Source: Amoebidium appalachense
Lineage: Eukaryota > Protista > Ichthyosporea
NCBI GenBank assembly: GCA_963693365.1
Contig: CAVNZM010000001.1
Span: 7,890,907 to 7,954,906, forward strand
DNA length: 64,000 nucleotides
Reading direction: 5' to 3'
In this document: piece by piece, positions 1-26,657 of the stretch
How the letters are laid out: every line of letters starts with the position of its first letter
Position numbering within the stretch: the first letter of the stretch is position 1
Program-made: the position numbers and the translations under genes
The notes under the pieces: generated by a model
Databases searched by the model: none
What the model saw: only the letters and a program-made list of their open reading frames with translations
Told to the model about the DNA's origin: nothing

Positions 1-668
1 TAATTTGTAAAAACGCGTATTTTGAGTTTTGTGACTGGAGGGGCGTTTTTAGCTGGGCTTGCATATCCCCAAGAACCCCCAGGTTACGATTAAGAAACTG
101 TCCGTTACGATTGGCCAAAGGACAATACGGTTAAGCTGGCCAACCCAGCCCAACCCTGTTTGAAATAATTTTTTTAACCAATCATATCTACGAATAAGTT
201 TGAATAGATTTCGTAATCGCACGTGGCCAGAAAACATATGGGCACACAGGCCGCATTGCCTGCTGCTGCTGGTGGGCGCAAGCGCCTTGTCTACATGTAT
301 ACTTAGTTAGTACTTTAGTAACAATACGTATTATGCAGCAAATATAAAGATTTCTAAGTGAATATGTACCTGGATTCCCTCAGACATAATGTCCATGCAC
401 CGCGTTGCAATACCGCATATGTACACCGAATCAGCAGTTCTCGAGCCGCGGCCCACCGGCAACTTTGTGTTCAGAGGGCCGTGCTTGCAAGGCCCGCACT
501 GTCTGACTGGCACGCGGCGGCGCCGGTGGGGCAGATGCACCGTGCACACACACGCGATCTCGGTCTGAACACACAGACTCTCGCCCCCAATTGCACGAGC
601 TACTTGCACGTGCACACCGTAAGGTGCGCACCGTCTTGAATACTGCACACACACAAACTGGCACACAA

Positions 669-764
<96 letters not shown>

Positions 765-1039
765 GCACGCACACACACACACCGGACTTAACCACTCTCT
801 TATTTGATTCTCTGCCTTTTGCTTCTTGCTTCGTTGCCTCGTTTCTTCTTAACATCTTTGTTCTAAACCTTCCCCCCCCCCCCCCCCCCCCCCCCCCACC
901 TCCACCCCTCCCCATCATTCCTTGCTTCTTGCTTAGTAGTTCATCGGCTTCCTCCTTCTAACTCCTCCCCCCCTCTCCTCCCCCCCCCCAATCCCCTGCT
1001 TGCGTCACCTATAACTTCTCTCTCCGCATGTTTGCCTTC

Positions 1040-1400
1040 TGTGCCTTGTATCTGTCGTGTCTGTATCTTGTGTCTGACGTGTATTAGCCTAGTGTCTGTG
1101 ATTGTATCTTGTGTCTGTCTGTATCTTGTGTCTGTATGTATCTTGTGTCTGTCTGCATCTTGTCTTGTGTCTGCCTGTATCTTGTGTCTGAATCTTGTGT
1201 CTGTTGCTTGTATCTGTTTCTTGTGTCTGTATCTTGTATCTGTATATGTTACCCGTCGTGTCTGTATCTTGCACCTATTTTTTGTCGGTAACTTCCGCCT
1301 ATACCTTTTGTCTTTGCCTATGTCTTAATTCTGTGTCTGTCGTGTCTGTACTGTATCTCTGTCGTGTCTATATTTTGTGTCGCTTTCGTTGGTGTGTTAC
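1040..1400. repeat. Degenerate minisatellite built on TGTATCTTGTGTC(TGTC) units
   Basis: Many imperfect tandem copies of tgtatcttgtgtctg. The Cys/Val/Leu-rich ORFs here are by-products of the repeat. Confidence 0.85.
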
Positions 1401-1636
1401 TCACCTCTGTAACATACGCCTGTATGATTTGTGTTTAGCTCCTGTATAAATGTCGGTAGCTCTGTGCCCTTCTGCCCGCATCCATCACCTAACGCAAACG
1501 TCTTCTGTCTTGTTCGATCATGGCGCTGTGCCAGCACATTGTTTGCTGTGTGCTGCCCCCCCCACCAACACTTATTCATCTCCGCTAAATGCTTCTTTGC
1601 TTCCGAACGTCCCCCCCCCCCCCCCCCCCCCCACTT

Positions 1637-1740
<104 letters not shown>

Positions 1741-3972
1741 CCCCCCCCCCCTCTCCCCCCCCCCCCCCCCCCCCCTCTCCCCTCCATCGAGGACCAAACA
1801 CTGTTTTCTTCTTCTTTGCTTCTTTGCTTCTGCCTGAACTCCCCAACTCATGCTTCCCTTTCCCCTTGTTGCATCTGTTCACCCTTTACTTGATCCCTGC
1901 CCTCCCCCCCCACCCCCTCCCCCTCTCCCCCCGCCCTGAGTTCTTATAAGGTATGTGCTCTCAACCCTCCCCCCACCGCCACCCCCTGGTGCTGCTCCAC
2001 CACCATCTCCTTCTTTGCCTCGTTGCCTCCTAGCCTATAGCCCTTGCTCCCCCCCCCCCCCCCCCTCCCCCCCTCCCCCCTCCCCATGCTCTCTCTTACT
2101 TCCTCTAGAACCCCCCTCTCTCCCCCCCCCGCCCCCTCCCCCTCCCCCCCAAAAAACAGACCACCCAGACGTCTAGACCCCTTTTCTGGCACTTGAACTG
2201 ACTTACTTTCTCCCCTTCCTGAGTGCCTGTTGACTCTGTTGGGGCAATGTTTGCGCATTTATGTTTTGGAATCGTGGAGGAGTGGGAGAGACTGATGGTC
2301 AAGAGAGAGGGACATGGGGGGGTTAGGGGGGGGGGGGGGGGGGGATTGGGGGAGGGGGAGGCCGAGGTAGCAACCGACCAAAACAATGTTTTAGGGAGGG
2401 GAGGGGGAGGAAAGCGACGGGGTGGCCGGGGGGGGGGGGGGGGGGGGGGAGGGGGGTGGAGGGGATGATATAAAAAGACATGGATGAATTGTTCATCATT
2501 TTGCAGCATTCTCGAGCCTCGTGGGAAAGAGGTTTTGGAGAAAACGATTTTGACAACCAACTTGAAGAATGAAGTAGGGGAGACGTTGGGAAGGGGACAT
2601 GGAGACTTGGCTGGTGTAGGAACGGGTTGGGTCATCCGGTTTTATAGGTGCTGGTGGTCGAAACTAATTCGTACATGTTTGTGGGTCAACTGAAAGCAAG
2701 AGACCTTGGATAGTACGAGTGCATTCCGAAGTGAATGTGTGTGTGACAAACGAGTGACGTGCTCTTTGCAGTTGCAAGTTGCCAATGGCGAACATGTAGT
2801 GCAAAGCCTCTGTGCTGACGGTGTACACTGAAATTGCTGGGTAAAGGAGAGCGTAGCAGGAGAAAGGAGTTTGTGCGTTGGGTACGAATCTTAGACTAGT
2901 ATAATTATAATGTACGAAATGGGTGTACAAAGGAGGCGAAAGTGTGTGAGTGCTTGCGCGTGCGCGCGCGTGTGTGCATGCGAACATGCCTGTGCATATG
3001 TATGCGTGTGTACACGTGTGTACATGTGTGTCGCTGGCAGGGGTGGGTTGGGGTGGGGTGGGGTGTGTGTGCGTGTGTGTGTGTGTGTGTGATGGTGGGG
3101 GAGGGAGGGGGCGCGGGGGAGGAGGGGGGGAGGGGGGGGGGGGGGGAGGGGAAGGGGGGGCTGGTAAAAACAACCAGGGGGCTGCTGGCATAAGTGTTTA
3201 GCAAGAACCGGAGATATTGTCTTGGGGGCAAAAGCTCCTACAGCCTTGGAGAAAGGAGGAAAGGAGGAGGAGGACCAGGGGGGTGGAGATGGGGGAGGGT
3301 ATGGAATTCAATGAGAACAGTCGGTTCACAGAGAAAAGAGGAGGTGGGCCTAGGGCCTGGAGAAGGCAAAAAAGATACATACTGGTTGAACAACAGAGAG
3401 AGAGACGTGTTGCGTACATTGAAGAAAGAATCGTAAGAGAAAAGCCCGTCGAGTGGAGGTAACCTCTTTTGGGGGGAAGGGGAGGGGAGGTGGAGGATAC
3501 ACGGTGTGTGAGTGGACTCAGTGTGTATACTTTACGGTCATGAATGGGATTCTGAGAGTCTCGAACAAAGAGTTTTAAAAAAGGGAGTGGGGCAAACTTC
3601 CGAGGGAAGAAAGGACTGGGGGTTGGGCAAAAAAACGACTTAGAGGAGGAATGTGCCCCCCGGGATCCACGTAACCAACACAGCGCTATGCAGGATTTAT
3701 TTTTTATACTTTTTTATTATTAATTTCTAATCTCTACTTTAAAATGTAATTGCTTGCCTGGCACTGCCTGGCACTGCCAGCAAGTCGTATATCTGGTGTG
3801 TGTGTATATATATATGTACATAACGATAAAAAATCCATTGCTAATACGTTCTTTCTCCATGGCAATGGGGCGGCCATATAATATTCCAAAACCTCACATA
3901 TCTGCTAATCCCTAAGACCTAACCTACCACTCTCATAAATTGAGAGCCATGCACACCATCCGTTTTGCACCT

Positions 3973-4449
3973 TCACTGAATAGCAATCTTTGTCGGGGCA
4001 GTAACAGCCTCTTCAACAGGGGCGGGCTTAGGCAGGTCGACTACCAGCAAGCCATTCTCGTAGCGCGCCTTGATGTCCTCCGGCTTAACCGTTTCAGGAA
4101 CCCCAAACTGCCGCTGGTATGTGCCGAACCGGCGCTCACGGCGGTGGAAATGTTCACCCTCCTTAACCTCCTCGTGTTTCATCTCCGCCTTAAGCGTCAG
4201 CATGCCGTCTTTGAGCTGCACGTCAATGTTTTCTTTGGCCACACCCGGAAGCTCAGTGATGATTTCATACTTGTCTGCAAGTTCACGAACGTCGCAGCGC
4301 GGGCTCCAAAACTGTCCTTCGGAAGTCTGACGAATGGTGCCCGGGTGCCGGCGTGGACGTTCAACTGCACCGCGGAAGAAAGGGTCGTTGAATCCCCAGC
4401 TGTTGAAGAAGGGCTCCTCGTCGAAGAAGTTGAACAGCTGAAGCGCCAT
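3973..4449 (-). CDS. HSP20: Small heat-shock protein (HSP20 / alpha-crystallin domain), 158 aa, intronless
   Basis: Hallmark segments WSPRCDVRE, ELPGVAKENIDV, RERRFGTYQRQF, IKARYENGLLVVDLPK and a C-terminal I-x-I motif (KIAIQ). Codon composition is clean and non-repetitive. Confidence 0.96.
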   Translation of the reverse strand: MALQLFNFFDEEPFFNSWGFNDPFFRGAVERPRRHPGTIRQTSEGQFWSPRCDVRELADKYEIITELPGVAKENIDVQLKDGMLTLKAEMKHEEVKEGEHFHRRERRFGTYQRQFGVPETVKPEDIKARYENGLLVVDLPKPAPVEEAVTAPTKIAIQ

Positions 4450-4544
4450 TTTTTAGGAAAAGAGAGAAGAGTTACCACTTTAGGTTTGTGTCTTGCTCGA
4501 TTCGTTGTGATTTTGACTGATGACCTTGGCACTCGCGAGTTCCG

Positions 4545-4643
4545 TTTATATACCTCTTTGGACCTGACCTAAAGAGCATACGATTGGCTATCAGCAATGA
4601 TTGGTTATTCAATTATTGGATGAAACATTTTCCCGAATTTTCA
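4545..4643 (-). promoter_or_regulatory. HSP20 promoter: TATA box, CCAAT boxes and a perfect 3-unit heat-shock element
   Basis: TTTATATA at 4545-4552 reads TATATAAA on the - strand. ATTGG (CCAAT on -) occurs at ~4583, ~4600 and ~4615. tTTCccGAAttTTCa at 4629-4643 matches nTTCnnGAAnnTTCn. A weaker TTCtaGAA lies at 4896-4903. Confidence 0.8.
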
Positions 4644-5957
4644 ACCCGGTTCACCAATGTACTCTTGAGTCTTGACAAGGTCATTCAAGCAACAAATATT
4701 TACCTAGAACACTGTACACCAATATCTCACAATAATATTTACACGATTGTAAATTATATGGTAAAAATTTCATAATAATGAAGAAAATTTGAACAGTTGT
4801 AGGCAGTGTGGACAAAAATCACGAACCTCAGACTCACCAGGCTTTCAAAGTATGATCCGAGTGATGACGTCACGTAAATGCTAAATGTGACCGTGTTCTA
4901 GAATTTCTGCACCCTGTCCCCTAGTCCGGGCCCTGTCTAGGTCTTTTCTGAAAGGACCCATATTCTTCATAAGTATAAAATGAGCAGATGGAATTATTAT
5001 AAATATTATAGTTCTGCGAAACTACAACATTTTCATTCGCCACCACCCACGCTTTTCTTTATCCAAGTTCCGCAGCTATCTCTAATCCCCTATCCGCTTT
5101 TTGCCCTGAAAAGTCCGGAATTTTATGGACTTGTCGGTCATTACATGATGGCCGCGGCCGGTACTGTACTGAATGTACTGAAAGCATGGTAATAATTGTT
5201 AATAACCACTGATTGAACGAAAATGTAACAGAAAAAAATATGTGTGGGCGAGTCGAGTAGCCATATTACTGTGTACTCAAAAATTGCAATACAGTCATCA
5301 CTCCTGCGTCCCAGCCCTGGTCGATATACTTTTAGCGCCAAGACATGCACATGATAATAAGCAAATCATAATAGTCCGTGAATAATAGCCAAATATGTTT
5401 TTGGCGGGCTTTTTGGTCCAATGATAAACCAACGCCCCACCAGGCCACAGCAGATCATTCATCAACTAAATTTATCATTGAAGTTTGTAGCTGACAGTGA
5501 GCGTCCGACAGAACTTCGCTACTTTACCAGGCCTGTCTTGTGAGGAAGGGGTTAAGAATTGGAGGGATCCTATAGCGATTGAGTTTGATGCGGTAACCTT
5601 AGCAAAAGCGTTACGGTTAGCGGTCAAAAAGTAACAAATTGAAGGTGCGGCTTTAGTATTCTAGATGAGGCAAGCGTACACCAAGTTTCCATACTCCTCC
5701 AACAGTGCTTAGAGCGAGGAAACAACGAGTTGATTGCCTTTCATAGGGTATATATGACGTGGATTTAGCATAGAGGAATAGTTCTGCTCCAAGGGCCCAC
5801 CTTCTGCTGCTGATTTTGTTTTTACGTCCATAAAGGTGAGGCAATTTTTCGGTCTCCCCCTCCCCCTCCCCCCTCCCCTCCCCACTCTCCCCAACCCCCC
5901 TTCCCCCCCTCCTCCCCCCCCCCCCCCTCCTTCCCCCCCCGCCCTCCCTCTCTCCCC

Positions 5958-6000
<43 letters not shown>

Positions 6001-6010
<10 letters not shown>

Positions 6011-6325
6011 AAAAGTTCAGCGCATGCAGTGATTAAAAACTTTATAGAGTGTGTGCAGCTGGTAGCTCCCACTGGCCGTTGTGCGAATGTGCATGAGCAG
6101 GTGTATTTTTTTGTGCACATTGTTGCATGTGAACTGGTCGTATGTGTTTAAGCCCCCCCCCCCCCCCCCCTGAAAACACATGCGACCAGCTCACATACAA
6201 CAATGTGCACAAAAAAATACACCTGCTCATGCACATTCGCACAACGGCCAGTGGGAGCTACCAGCTGCACACACTCTATAAAGTTTTTAATCACTGCATG
6301 CGCTGAACTTTTTTTTTTTTTTTTT
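6001..6325. repeat. Long near-perfect inverted repeat (~150-bp arms, ~24-nt C-rich spacer), flanked by Cn on the left and Gn on the right
   Basis: Arm 6001-6149 is the reverse complement of arm 6174-6325, with three transition mismatches near the loop. The ORF track shows the same peptide on both strands (5653..6120 - and 6203..6391 +). Confidence 0.95.
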
Positions 6326-6327
6326 AA

Positions 6328-6361
<34 letters not shown>

Positions 6362-7074
6362 GGGGGACACGGCCCACGCGGGAGGAGGTGAGGGGGTAAA
6401 CGAATGTGTGGTTGTTTTTCTAGACGTGTATTTGTGTGTGCTCGTGCGTGTGTGTTTGTGCTTTTTTTGCATGGAGGGGGGGCGTGGGGCCAGGGGTGGG
6501 GGAATGAGAAGGGAAGAGGGGGAGAAGATGGTGGGAAGAAAAACGGGAGCAGCAACCGGATGTAGCTTTGGAGAATGGCGGATCCTCACTCATAGATTAT
6601 CGAGACCCCCCTCCCCCCTTCCCTCCCCCCCTCCCCCCCCCCTTCCCTTCCGCCCTTTTCTTCCATCCATTTATTTTTATTTTAAAAGATGTTGGATTCA
6701 GGCCCGCTCTTGCTTGTACACACAGGTGTGCAAGCATACATAGAGGCATTGCACACACACTGCCGTACAAGAAGTTATGCACACAGAGAGAAGAGAACCA
6801 TTAATGAAAGAGGCAGGGAGGTAAAGGAATCAGGAGTTGGGGAGAGGAATTGGCGGTGGGCAAGTGGCTGGTGGCTGGGAGAGGGTTAAGCAGGGGTGTG
6901 ATGGGGAATGGAAAGGAGGGAAGAGGGGAAGGGCAAGGGGGGGGGGGGGGGGGGGTGGGGGGGGTAAGGGGAATCGACAGAGATAGGATGGAGTCAGAAA
7001 AATAGTAACTTGGTTCTGGTCTCCCTGTCTATCCCCCCTCCCCCCCCCCCCCTCCCCCTCTCTCTCTCTCTCTC

Positions 7075-7107
<33 letters not shown>

Positions 7108-7175
7108 CCTCCCCTAGAATTAGGACTAAGGCTGCTGCAAAGAACAAAACCTGCTATATTGGGTTTCTCTTGAAC

Positions 7176-7220
<45 letters not shown>

Positions 7221-7245
7221 AAAAAAAAAAAAAAAAAGAAAAAAG

Positions 7246-7278
<33 letters not shown>

Positions 7279-7394
7279 GATCTCCATTTCTCTCGGGTAC
7301 TTTGTTTCTTTCCGCTGCTCTCTGCTTCTCCCCCCCCCCCCCCCCCCCCCCCCTCCCCCCCCCCCCTTCTGCTGCTCGTAGATCTACTACTAGG

Positions 7395-7439
<45 letters not shown>

Positions 7440-7673
7440 TTCCCCCCCCCAATTTTATTTCACCCAAGCAAGGCCGTTCCATTTTGCCCTTCCATCAGCA
7501 TATTCTTTCCAATACCCATAAAATGAAGTACCGTGATGTTTGCGCCACAAAAATTAGGTGTTGACGTTTTTTCTTTTTCTTTTTTCCTCATTCACAGGCC
7601 ATGGAGCCAATGAGACACCTCATCATTTCCGCCTTCCATATATAGGCATCGCGTGACTCTCTTTTCACCCAAT

Positions 7674-8500
7674 ATGGCATACTCTCCACCGGCCCCCCCC
7701 ACCCGACGTGCCCCTGTACCACAGTTCCACAGAACACAAAGGCCATCAAGCCCACCGCCACCCAAACCTATCGGTAAAAGCCCCAAAACCCGGTTTCCTA
7801 GGCTTGCAAGACACGGAGAGGACAATGATGTTTCGGAATCTGGACCGGAAAATGGATACAGTGACCCCGGAAATCCATTTCATCGCTCTACGGGATCCGG
7901 AGGTTTGAAATTTGGCCGCGTTGTGGGTGCAATTTCCGACCGGGAGCCGAATTCCGCTTATGAGATTCGAAATTCTAATTATCAGGGAGAAAACCGTGAG
8001 GTTGAGGGGACACCCGTTGTTCATTTGCCAAAGAGACGCCGGTTAGGAAATTCTGAACCGTTTTTAGAGCCCCCACCACCCATTTCTTCTTCTCTAAATT
8101 CAAGTGAAGAGAACAACAAGCATACACCTCGGGCGGCCCAAAGAGGCACAAAGTCCGGTCAATTCAATCACGAAAACCCAAAATACACAACCGAGAACAT
8201 TGCCGAAACACCAAATCCCGGTAAAAATAAACCATGTGAACACGAAATGGCGTACCCGGACCGTTCACAGTCGCATACCCCACCTACATCCGTCCTCAGT
8301 CTTGTTACAACGACAAAATCTGAGACGGCAGAAAGCGGGAATTCGGGAGGGGAAACCCGAAACCGAATTGAAACCGGAGGGGAGGGTGGCGGGACGGTGA
8401 AGAGCGAGGGAGGGAGGGAGGGTGTGGGGATGGGGGAACTAAATGGGGTGAAAGAGGAAGATACGGGGACAGAAGAGGAGGTTGTAGTACCTGAAAATGT
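7674..8500 (+). CDS. Large exon encoding a low-complexity, probably disordered P/S/E/G-rich region; possibly the N-terminal exon of the downstream CENP-I gene, or a separate gene
   Basis: About 275 codons open in non-repetitive DNA from ATG 7674, ending at a GTAAGA donor (8501) followed by a typical C/CA-rich intron. No recognisable domain; linkage to other exons is unresolved. Confidence 0.55.
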
Positions 8501-9529
8501 GTAAGAGCCCCCCCACCACCACCCATGACCCCCCCTCCCCCCAACTCCCCCCCCTCATCCCCTCCCCCTCTTGGCACATACCCACGAACACAGGTACGCG
8601 CGTGCGCGCACACGCACGCACGCACACTCACTCACACACACACACGCGCGCGCGCGCGCGCACACGCACAAATACCCCGCTTATCCCCCCCCCCCCCCCC
8701 CCCATTTCTTTTTTCGCTCTTTTGCACAACCTGTTCAGGTGTGATAGGCCCAACCAGCCTGCGGGACGATAGTGGCGAAGCAACAGGGTGATTCAAAAAC
8801 ACAAGCCAATGTTGGGGCAAATAATTGCATATTTGTCCCTCAGAAATGTCGAATGGATGTGCTTGAGCCAACCAATAATAATGTGGCAATAAGAAAAACC
8901 CGTAGAAAATTTGGTTTTAAGTTCTTGGAATTTTTCAACTTCATTAATTAGCTTTATTATGCTCGGAAGCCGACAGGTATGGTTGTGGCCACCACCGTCT
9001 CGTCTCTCTGGGGGAAGGCTAAGTACTGAACTATCTCGCTATTTAGGTACAAGGAGATAACCAGCTATGGGGTAGCAAGACATTGAAATGGCTGGATCAA
9101 AAAATCTTGCCTTGTGTTTCGAGCTATCCGATTGGTAGAAAGTGTAGCAATTCAAATTGAAAGGCTGTGAGCCATTCAAAATCTCTCGACAACGGACATC
9201 ACGATTGTTGAGGCCGGATCGCTACCGTGAGCGTCGCTAGCTAAAAAGAGCGTTTTGTCGTAGAATTTTATTCGTAATATGTAATGATAGTTTTTATATT
9301 TTTTTATTTTTCTTATTCTGTGTGATTTTTATTTATTTATTTCTATCTTATTCATCGATTTACACTATCACTTCCCAAGGTGGGTCGTTTAGGCAGGTGG
9401 CCGAAGCCCGGCAGATGCCTTGTTTTTAGCGAGCTGCTATTGGTCAATTTCGATCGAGACTATTTACTTCCTTGCCACCCCATAGTTTAAACCCGTTTCT
9501 GTAAATTCTCAAGGCTAGGATTTTAATAG

Positions 9530-23549
<14,020 letters not shown>

Positions 23550-23657
23550 AGGGGGAGGGGGAGGGGGGGGGGGGGGGGGGGGGGGAAGGTGGAAAGCAAG
23601 AGAGAAAAAGCAGGGAGGGAGATGAGGAGGGGGGAGGGAGGGGGGGGGGGAGGGGGG

Positions 23658-23711
<54 letters not shown>

Positions 23712-23995
23712 GGACACCATCATAAAAAAAGGAGTGCCCTTGCTGGGAGCAAGCCCTATCATATTGTTATCTCTTCTGAAATACAAACTCAAAACCGTCG
23801 TGATCTTCTTAGCCCCATACATGTTACAAATCATAATTTTGTATGGCAGCTAACATCACATTATGCTTCTCGTGCCCAGCTAAGTTGAGCATCGATTTGA
23901 CAGCAAAACTTTTAAAGAAACAAACGATTCGAACCGAAAACATTATTCGCTGCGACTGTTATCAAAATGATCTGATTGGCTTATGTTTTCCTCAG

Positions 23996-24117
23996 GAATG
24001 CACTTGTTCTTGCTGGCCGTGACAGTTCATGCCGCCACCTTTCTGGCTTCATGTCACCAACCTTCCACGGCCTCACGACTGACTTTCTGAAGGTGAAAAC
24101 AACCCTCCCCCCCCCCC

Positions 24118-24148
<31 letters not shown>

Positions 24149-24480
24149 ACATACACACAAGTCCACATTTTCACCACTGTTCTCTCTCATGCAGCCTTAC
24201 TGGGGTGATTTAACCCTACAAGAAGTAAAAGCATGTGGGGAAAGCTCGTTGCTTTTTGCCTGTGTGTGTGTGGCACTGTGTGTCTGTGTGGTTGTCCTAC
24301 AGTGCATGTTTTGGAAGACTGTGTCTTTATGTGTGTGTGTGTATGTGTGCTTCGAGGAGGGAAGGGGAGAGTGGGATTGCTTGTGTGTGTGTGTGTTTGG
24401 CGCGCACGCGCGTGTGTCTTGGGGGGTTGGTTTGTGGGTGGATGGGTGGATGGGTGTGGGTTGGGGTTGAGGTGGGGGTT

Positions 24481-24544
<64 letters not shown>

Positions 24545-24806
24545 TGTGTGTGTGTGTGTCTGTGTGTGGTGTGTGCTTCACACTTTCTGAGCACTTGTGC
24601 AGTGTCCTATATAAACTGCTGATTAGGCAAGTGCCGCTCCATCTAAATTAGTGTTATATCCCATCCTTGCATCACACACATACACACGCACGTACCGTAC
24701 ACACACACACACACATGCACACACACACACACACACACACACACGTGTGTGTGAACACACACACACATACAAAACTGTGCGTGTGTGGGTGCCACACACA
24801 CGCGCG

Positions 24807-24883
<77 letters not shown>

Positions 24884-26608
24884 ACACATACACACACACG
24901 CAGACCACCCAAGGCGAGGCGGGCAAACCCACGGAGCCCGAAAACGAGGTATGTTACTATTTTTATTCCCCAACGCCTTATGCAACCGGACACCCCTGTT
25001 TGATCTAGCATAATGGTTTTTTACACTGGCTGAATTTGCTGGGATGTTATAACCCCCCAAAAGCGCTGTTTTTGGTCGTAAAACATAATTTTTTTGAAAG
25101 ATAAAGGTATCTGACTTTTTGAGATTTTAGAAAATAGGATTAAGATTTTAGAAAAAAGGATTAAGATTTAGAAGATATGATTAAGATTTTAAAAAATTGT
25201 TTTAGGATGGTGATTAAGATTTTAGAAAATAGTTTTAGAAAATAGTTTTAGGTGATAAGATAGATCTTGGACCGACCGCAGGGAGACGGGTATCTGGTGT
25301 GATAAAGATTTTAGAAAATAGTTTTAGGATGGTGATGAAGATGGTGATAAAGATTTTAGAAAATATTTTAAGGATGGTGATTAAGATTTTAGAAAATAGT
25401 TTTAGGATGGTGATGAATATTTTAGAAAATAGAATGAGTTTAAGATTTAGTTTATAATTGGATCGACTGGAAGGAGACGATACTGTGGCGAAGCGTCTGG
25501 GCTCCTACAAAGAATTAAAAGAATCATCATGTTAAGATGAATTAAGATTTTGGAAAATAGGATGGTGATTAAGATTTTAGAAAATAGTTTTAGAAAATAG
25601 TTTTAGGTGATAGTGTAAATATTGGACCGACCGCAGGGAGACGATACTGTGGCGAAGCGAATTTTTACTATTTTGTTTTGTAGAAATAATAGTCCTGCAG
25701 GCAGAGCTGCAGCCAAAAAAAAAAAAAAAAAAAAAAAAAGGCCACCAAGGCAACCCAACTAACCTTTTGTGGTTAGTCACCTTCCAATATTGGGGGTAAA
25801 AATTTGGCTAATTTTTTTTGGATAACATCCGCCATCATGCTGTTTGATCTGACCACCAGTGATTCAGTGTCGCACATGGGACAGTTGATGATTGCAGAAA
25901 ACGAAAAATCTCGCAGTGCCTATCATTCTTTTTTCCCTTGGAGGGTGGAAGCGGAAAAGGGATGTTGTATGTTGCTTTTTGTTATTTAGTTTTGTTTGTT
26001 TATGTGTGGTGTGTGTTTGTGTGGGTGTGGTGGTGGTGGTGGTGGCGGCGGTGGTGGTGGTGTGTGTGTGGGGGGGGGGGAGGGGGGAGGGGAAGGGGGA
26101 GGGGGGGGGGGAGGGGGAGGGGGGAGGGGACGGGGGGGGGGGAGGGGGGGGGAAGAAGGGGGGGAGGGGGGGGGGGTTCTTAATCATGTTCCGAAGTAAC
26201 AGGGCAGAAAGGAAGAACGGTGTCGGTGGGAGTTTGGAAAGCTTCGGTTGTGAGTCTGTGGCTGACTGATAGGGAGGGTGAAGGGGGGAGGGGGGGGGGG
26301 GAGGGGGGGAGGTTATGGGCCGAAGGACGGAAAGATATCTGTGTGTTTGTAATTAGGACACGGGGGGGAAGGTGGGGGAGGAGGAGGAGGGGGGGGGGGG
26401 GGGGGGGGGGAAGCAGGGAAATGGGACACATGTGTGTGCATGGACTAACAGCAGGGACAATGGGTATGTACAGGAAGACGTGTGCAGGTGTTGTCTTGCA
26501 GCCCAACACGTTGTTAAGGTAAGAGTAGGAGAGCCTCAATCGTGGCAAGGGGAAGAGCCTGAATGTGGTGACGGAGGAGAGCTCATGTGTGTGTGTGAGT
26601 GAGTGTGA

Positions 26609-26657
<49 letters not shown>

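Noticed and set aside
3940-4572. 210-aa + strand ORF over HSP20, and the Val-rich - strand ORFs over the Thr-rich genes (29517, 34726, 40262)
   Set aside because: These are antisense shadows of GC3-biased real genes.
5530-7645. Possible small + strand gene (LDEASVHQVSILLQQCLERGNNELIAFHR; GPPSAADFVFTSIK; AMEPMRHLIISAFHI*)
   Set aside because: The segments look like exons, but phases could not be reconciled and no homology was recognised. Left unannotated.
23716-23776. Minus-strand peptide RDNNMIGLAPSK resembling the C-terminus of pepsin-like proteases
   Set aside because: I could not find upstream minus-strand exons with DTG/DSG motifs, and neighbouring splice signals favour the + strand.
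25200-25610. TTTTAGG words suggesting interstitial telomeric repeats
   Set aside because: They never form tandem telomere units; they are part of a longer AT-rich repeat.
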